Positions 57,461 to 59,136 of a DNA stretch of 59,136 bases are shown piece by piece. The DNA comes from Candidatus Nomurabacteria bacterium (GTDB lineage: Bacteria > Patescibacteriota > Minisyncoccia > Phycocordibacterales > UBA1006): positions 1 through 59,136 of the forward strand of contig CALRGS010000001.1 of assembly GCA_943357975.1 (NCBI GenBank). The letters are read 5' to 3'. The notes under the pieces were generated by a model. The model ran no database searches, was not told the origin of the DNA, and worked only from the letters and a program-made list of their open reading frames with translations. The first letter of the stretch is position 1. Every line of letters begins with the position of its first letter. Position numbers and translations under genes: made by a program.

Positions 57461-57520
57461 ATAGCCTTATTTTACCATAAAAATACCCAGCAATCACTTG
57501 ATTAAATGTGAGAGTATTGT

Positions 57521-59136
57521 CTAGTTTTCAATACGAATATGATTCTTCAAATAGTCCTTAGTATCGCCTATTTTCTTACCCGGATTGAAGATGTTTTTTG
57601 GATCAAACAGTGATTTGGTAAACTTGAAAAGTCCCATAATAAATGGTCCGTACATTTTTTCGAGATAAGGTGTACGCACAATTCCATCATTATGCTCTGC
57701 CGTAATAGACCCTTTGTATGACAAGACGAGATCATAGACCTTGTTTGAAAGATCTAAAATCATCTCCCGATTTTTTATATCATGCATATCAAGGAGTGGG
57801 ATGATATGAAAATTCCCATTTCCTACGTGACCTGCAATCGTGTACACGAAGCCCGCACCTTCAAGCATTGCTTGGAGTTTTGGCATAAACTCTGGGAGGA
57901 ATTCTGGATTTACAATAATATCGTCAATGAACGGTGCGGTGCGTTTACCGTGCACATGTTTACGCAACAAATTAAACGATTCACGACGAATGCGCCAATA
58001 CTTATCAGCCTCAGCAGATGAGCGCGCAACATGTACAGGAAAACCAAAAGGTTCCACCGCTTTTTTTATTTCAAGCAATTTATTTTTTACTTCGCCTTCA
58101 GTTGTTCCTGCAACCTCAACTAATACAATAAGTTTCGGGATACCTCCACGTAATAACAACATTCCATCAGGAATCATTGCGAATCCTAACTTGATAAATT
58201 TCCAAATCCCCATGGAGCCGAGGAAGTCGAAGAAAAATTTAAAAGCCAGCTTCAAGCTATAATCATCGAATGACTCGATACTGTCAGGCTTATAAGCAAC
58301 CAATGTTTTTGCAAGATCACCAATACGATCAACCTTGTCCATATAGATTGCTAGCACGTTCGAAACAGGTTCTACGGGAACCAGTTTCCATTTCTGCTCT
58401 ACCATAATCCCCAATGTTCCTTGGGACCCTACCAGTAATTTATTCAAATCAAAAACTCCTGTTTCCCTATCGTACACATTCCATAAATAATACCCTGCTG
58501 AATTTTTAGAAACCTTGGGTTTGGCATTTTTAATGGCATCATAATTTTTCTCGATAGTATCAAAAAGACTCTTATAGAGGTTACCTTCAAAATTTCCCTG
58601 GTTTATCTTCGCATCAAGCTCACTTTTTGTGAGCGGCTTTACCACATACTCATTTCCGTCAGTAAAAATCATTTTTGTTTCAAGAATGAAATTCTCCATC
58701 TTGCCATACTTGATTGATTTTTCACCTCCGCAATTATTTCCAAACATTCCCCCTACTGCGCAAATATTTTTTGATGCCGTATACGTTGGCATGATACGAT
58801 CATGCTTCAAGGTTTCAATCTCAAGATCACGATAAAATACACCTGGCTGCATTACGGCATACTCGTCAGTAACCTCGATCACCTTATTCATATATTTTGT
58901 AAAATCAATAATGACAGAATCGTTAATTGATCCACCCGACATACATGTTCCACCACTGCGAGCCGTCAGTGAAACACCGCCCTCTTTATTTGCCCAAGTT
59001 ACTAAATGCTGCACATCTTGTGAGTGTTTTGGAAATACGACAACCTGTGGTACCACCTCAAAAAGACTCGCGTCGTGTGAATACTTTTCAAGGGTTGCAG
59101 CACTCACGTCGATATCGCCATGGAAGACCTGCTTCA
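57521..59136 (-). CDS. FAD-binding oxidoreductase (GlcD / D-lactate dehydrogenase family); the 5' end probably lies beyond the window edge
   Basis: FAD-binding PCMH-type N-terminus (..HDASLFEVVPQVVVFPKHSQDV..ARSGGTCMSGGS). The reading frame stays open upstream of the listed GTG to the window end. Confidence 0.8.
   Translation of the reverse strand, partial: KQVFHGDIDVSAATLEKYSHDASLFEVVPQVVVFPKHSQDVQHLVTWANKEGGVSLTARSGGTCMSGGSINDSVIIDFTKYMNKVIEVTDEYAVMQPGVFYRDLEIETLKHDRIMPTYTASKNICAVGGMFGNNCGGEKSIKYGKMENFILETKMIFTDGNEYVVKPLTKSELDAKINQGNFEGNLYKSLFDTIEKNYDAIKNAKPKVSKNSAGYYLWNVYDRETGVFDLNKLLVGSQGTLGIMVEQKWKLVPVEPVSNVLAIYMDKVDRIGDLAKTLVAYKPDSIESFDDYSLKLAFKFFFDFLGSMGIWKFIKLGFAMIPDGMLLLRGGIPKLIVLVEVAGTTEGEVKNKLLEIKKAVEPFGFPVHVARSSAEADKYWRIRRESFNLLRKHVHGKRTAPFIDDIIVNPEFLPEFMPKLQAMLEGAGFVYTIAGHVGNGNFHIIPLLDMHDIKNREMILDLSNKVYDLVLSYKGSITAEHNDGIVRTPYLEKMYGPFIMGLFKFTKSLFDPKNIFNPGKKIGDTKDYLKNHIRIEN

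Noticed and set aside
1-59136. Search for tRNA, rRNA, CRISPR arrays, transposases, integrases, reverse transcriptases and a recoded UGA.
   Set aside because: I saw no T-loop/acceptor patterns in the spacers, no regularly spaced direct repeats and no recognisable mobile-element enzymes. TGA clearly terminates conserved genes (for example mnmA), so the code is standard. This was visual inspection only, without tRNAscan-SE or Infernal.

Overview
AT-rich, very gene-dense bacterial chromosome segment that uses the standard code (TGA serves as a stop). Several proteins are shortened: AlaRS has no C-Ala domain, ThrRS has no TGS domain, SMC is 738 aa and L13 is 113 aa. Together with many orphan small genes, this suggests a reduced-genome Patescibacteria/CPR (Parcubacteria-like) organism; that assignment is inference. 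Most of the content is housekeeping. It includes rlmH (partial), an O-methyltransferase, a split dcw cluster (mraZ-rsmH-ftsL-like ... ftsI), rplU, a corA-like gene, cysS and dnaJ/dnaK/grpE. It also holds an ABC exporter, the infA-rpmJ-rpsM-rpsK-rpsD-rpoA-rplQ and rplM-rpsI ribosomal block, alaS, an M3 peptidase, mgtC, mnmA, a DnaQ-like exonuclease, mltG, a short smc, rnc, a nusB-Nudix fusion, rpmF, rnhB, dnaE, thrS, gyrB and a partial FAD-linked oxidase. I recognised no rRNA, tRNA, CRISPR array, transposase or integrase. The items worth a second look are listed here. (1) A ~0.55 kb module occurs at two distant loci: a promoter-driven, terminator-ended structured small RNA convergent with a paralogous ~125-aa orphan protein, with compensatory base changes in the RNA stem. 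(2) The ftsL-ftsI interval holds two unrelated self-contained gene cassettes separated by a chimeric ftsI'-'ftsL junction repeat. (3) Two related families of hairpin-rich REP-like repeats are present, one copy lying in frame inside mnmA. (4) A two-hairpin leader is repeated in front of two consecutive orphan genes. (5) Promoters are pervasively of the extended -10 type and sit 6-11 nt from the ATG, implying leaderless or near-leaderless mRNAs, including all three aaRS genes. All promoter, TSS and RNA calls are sequence predictions only.
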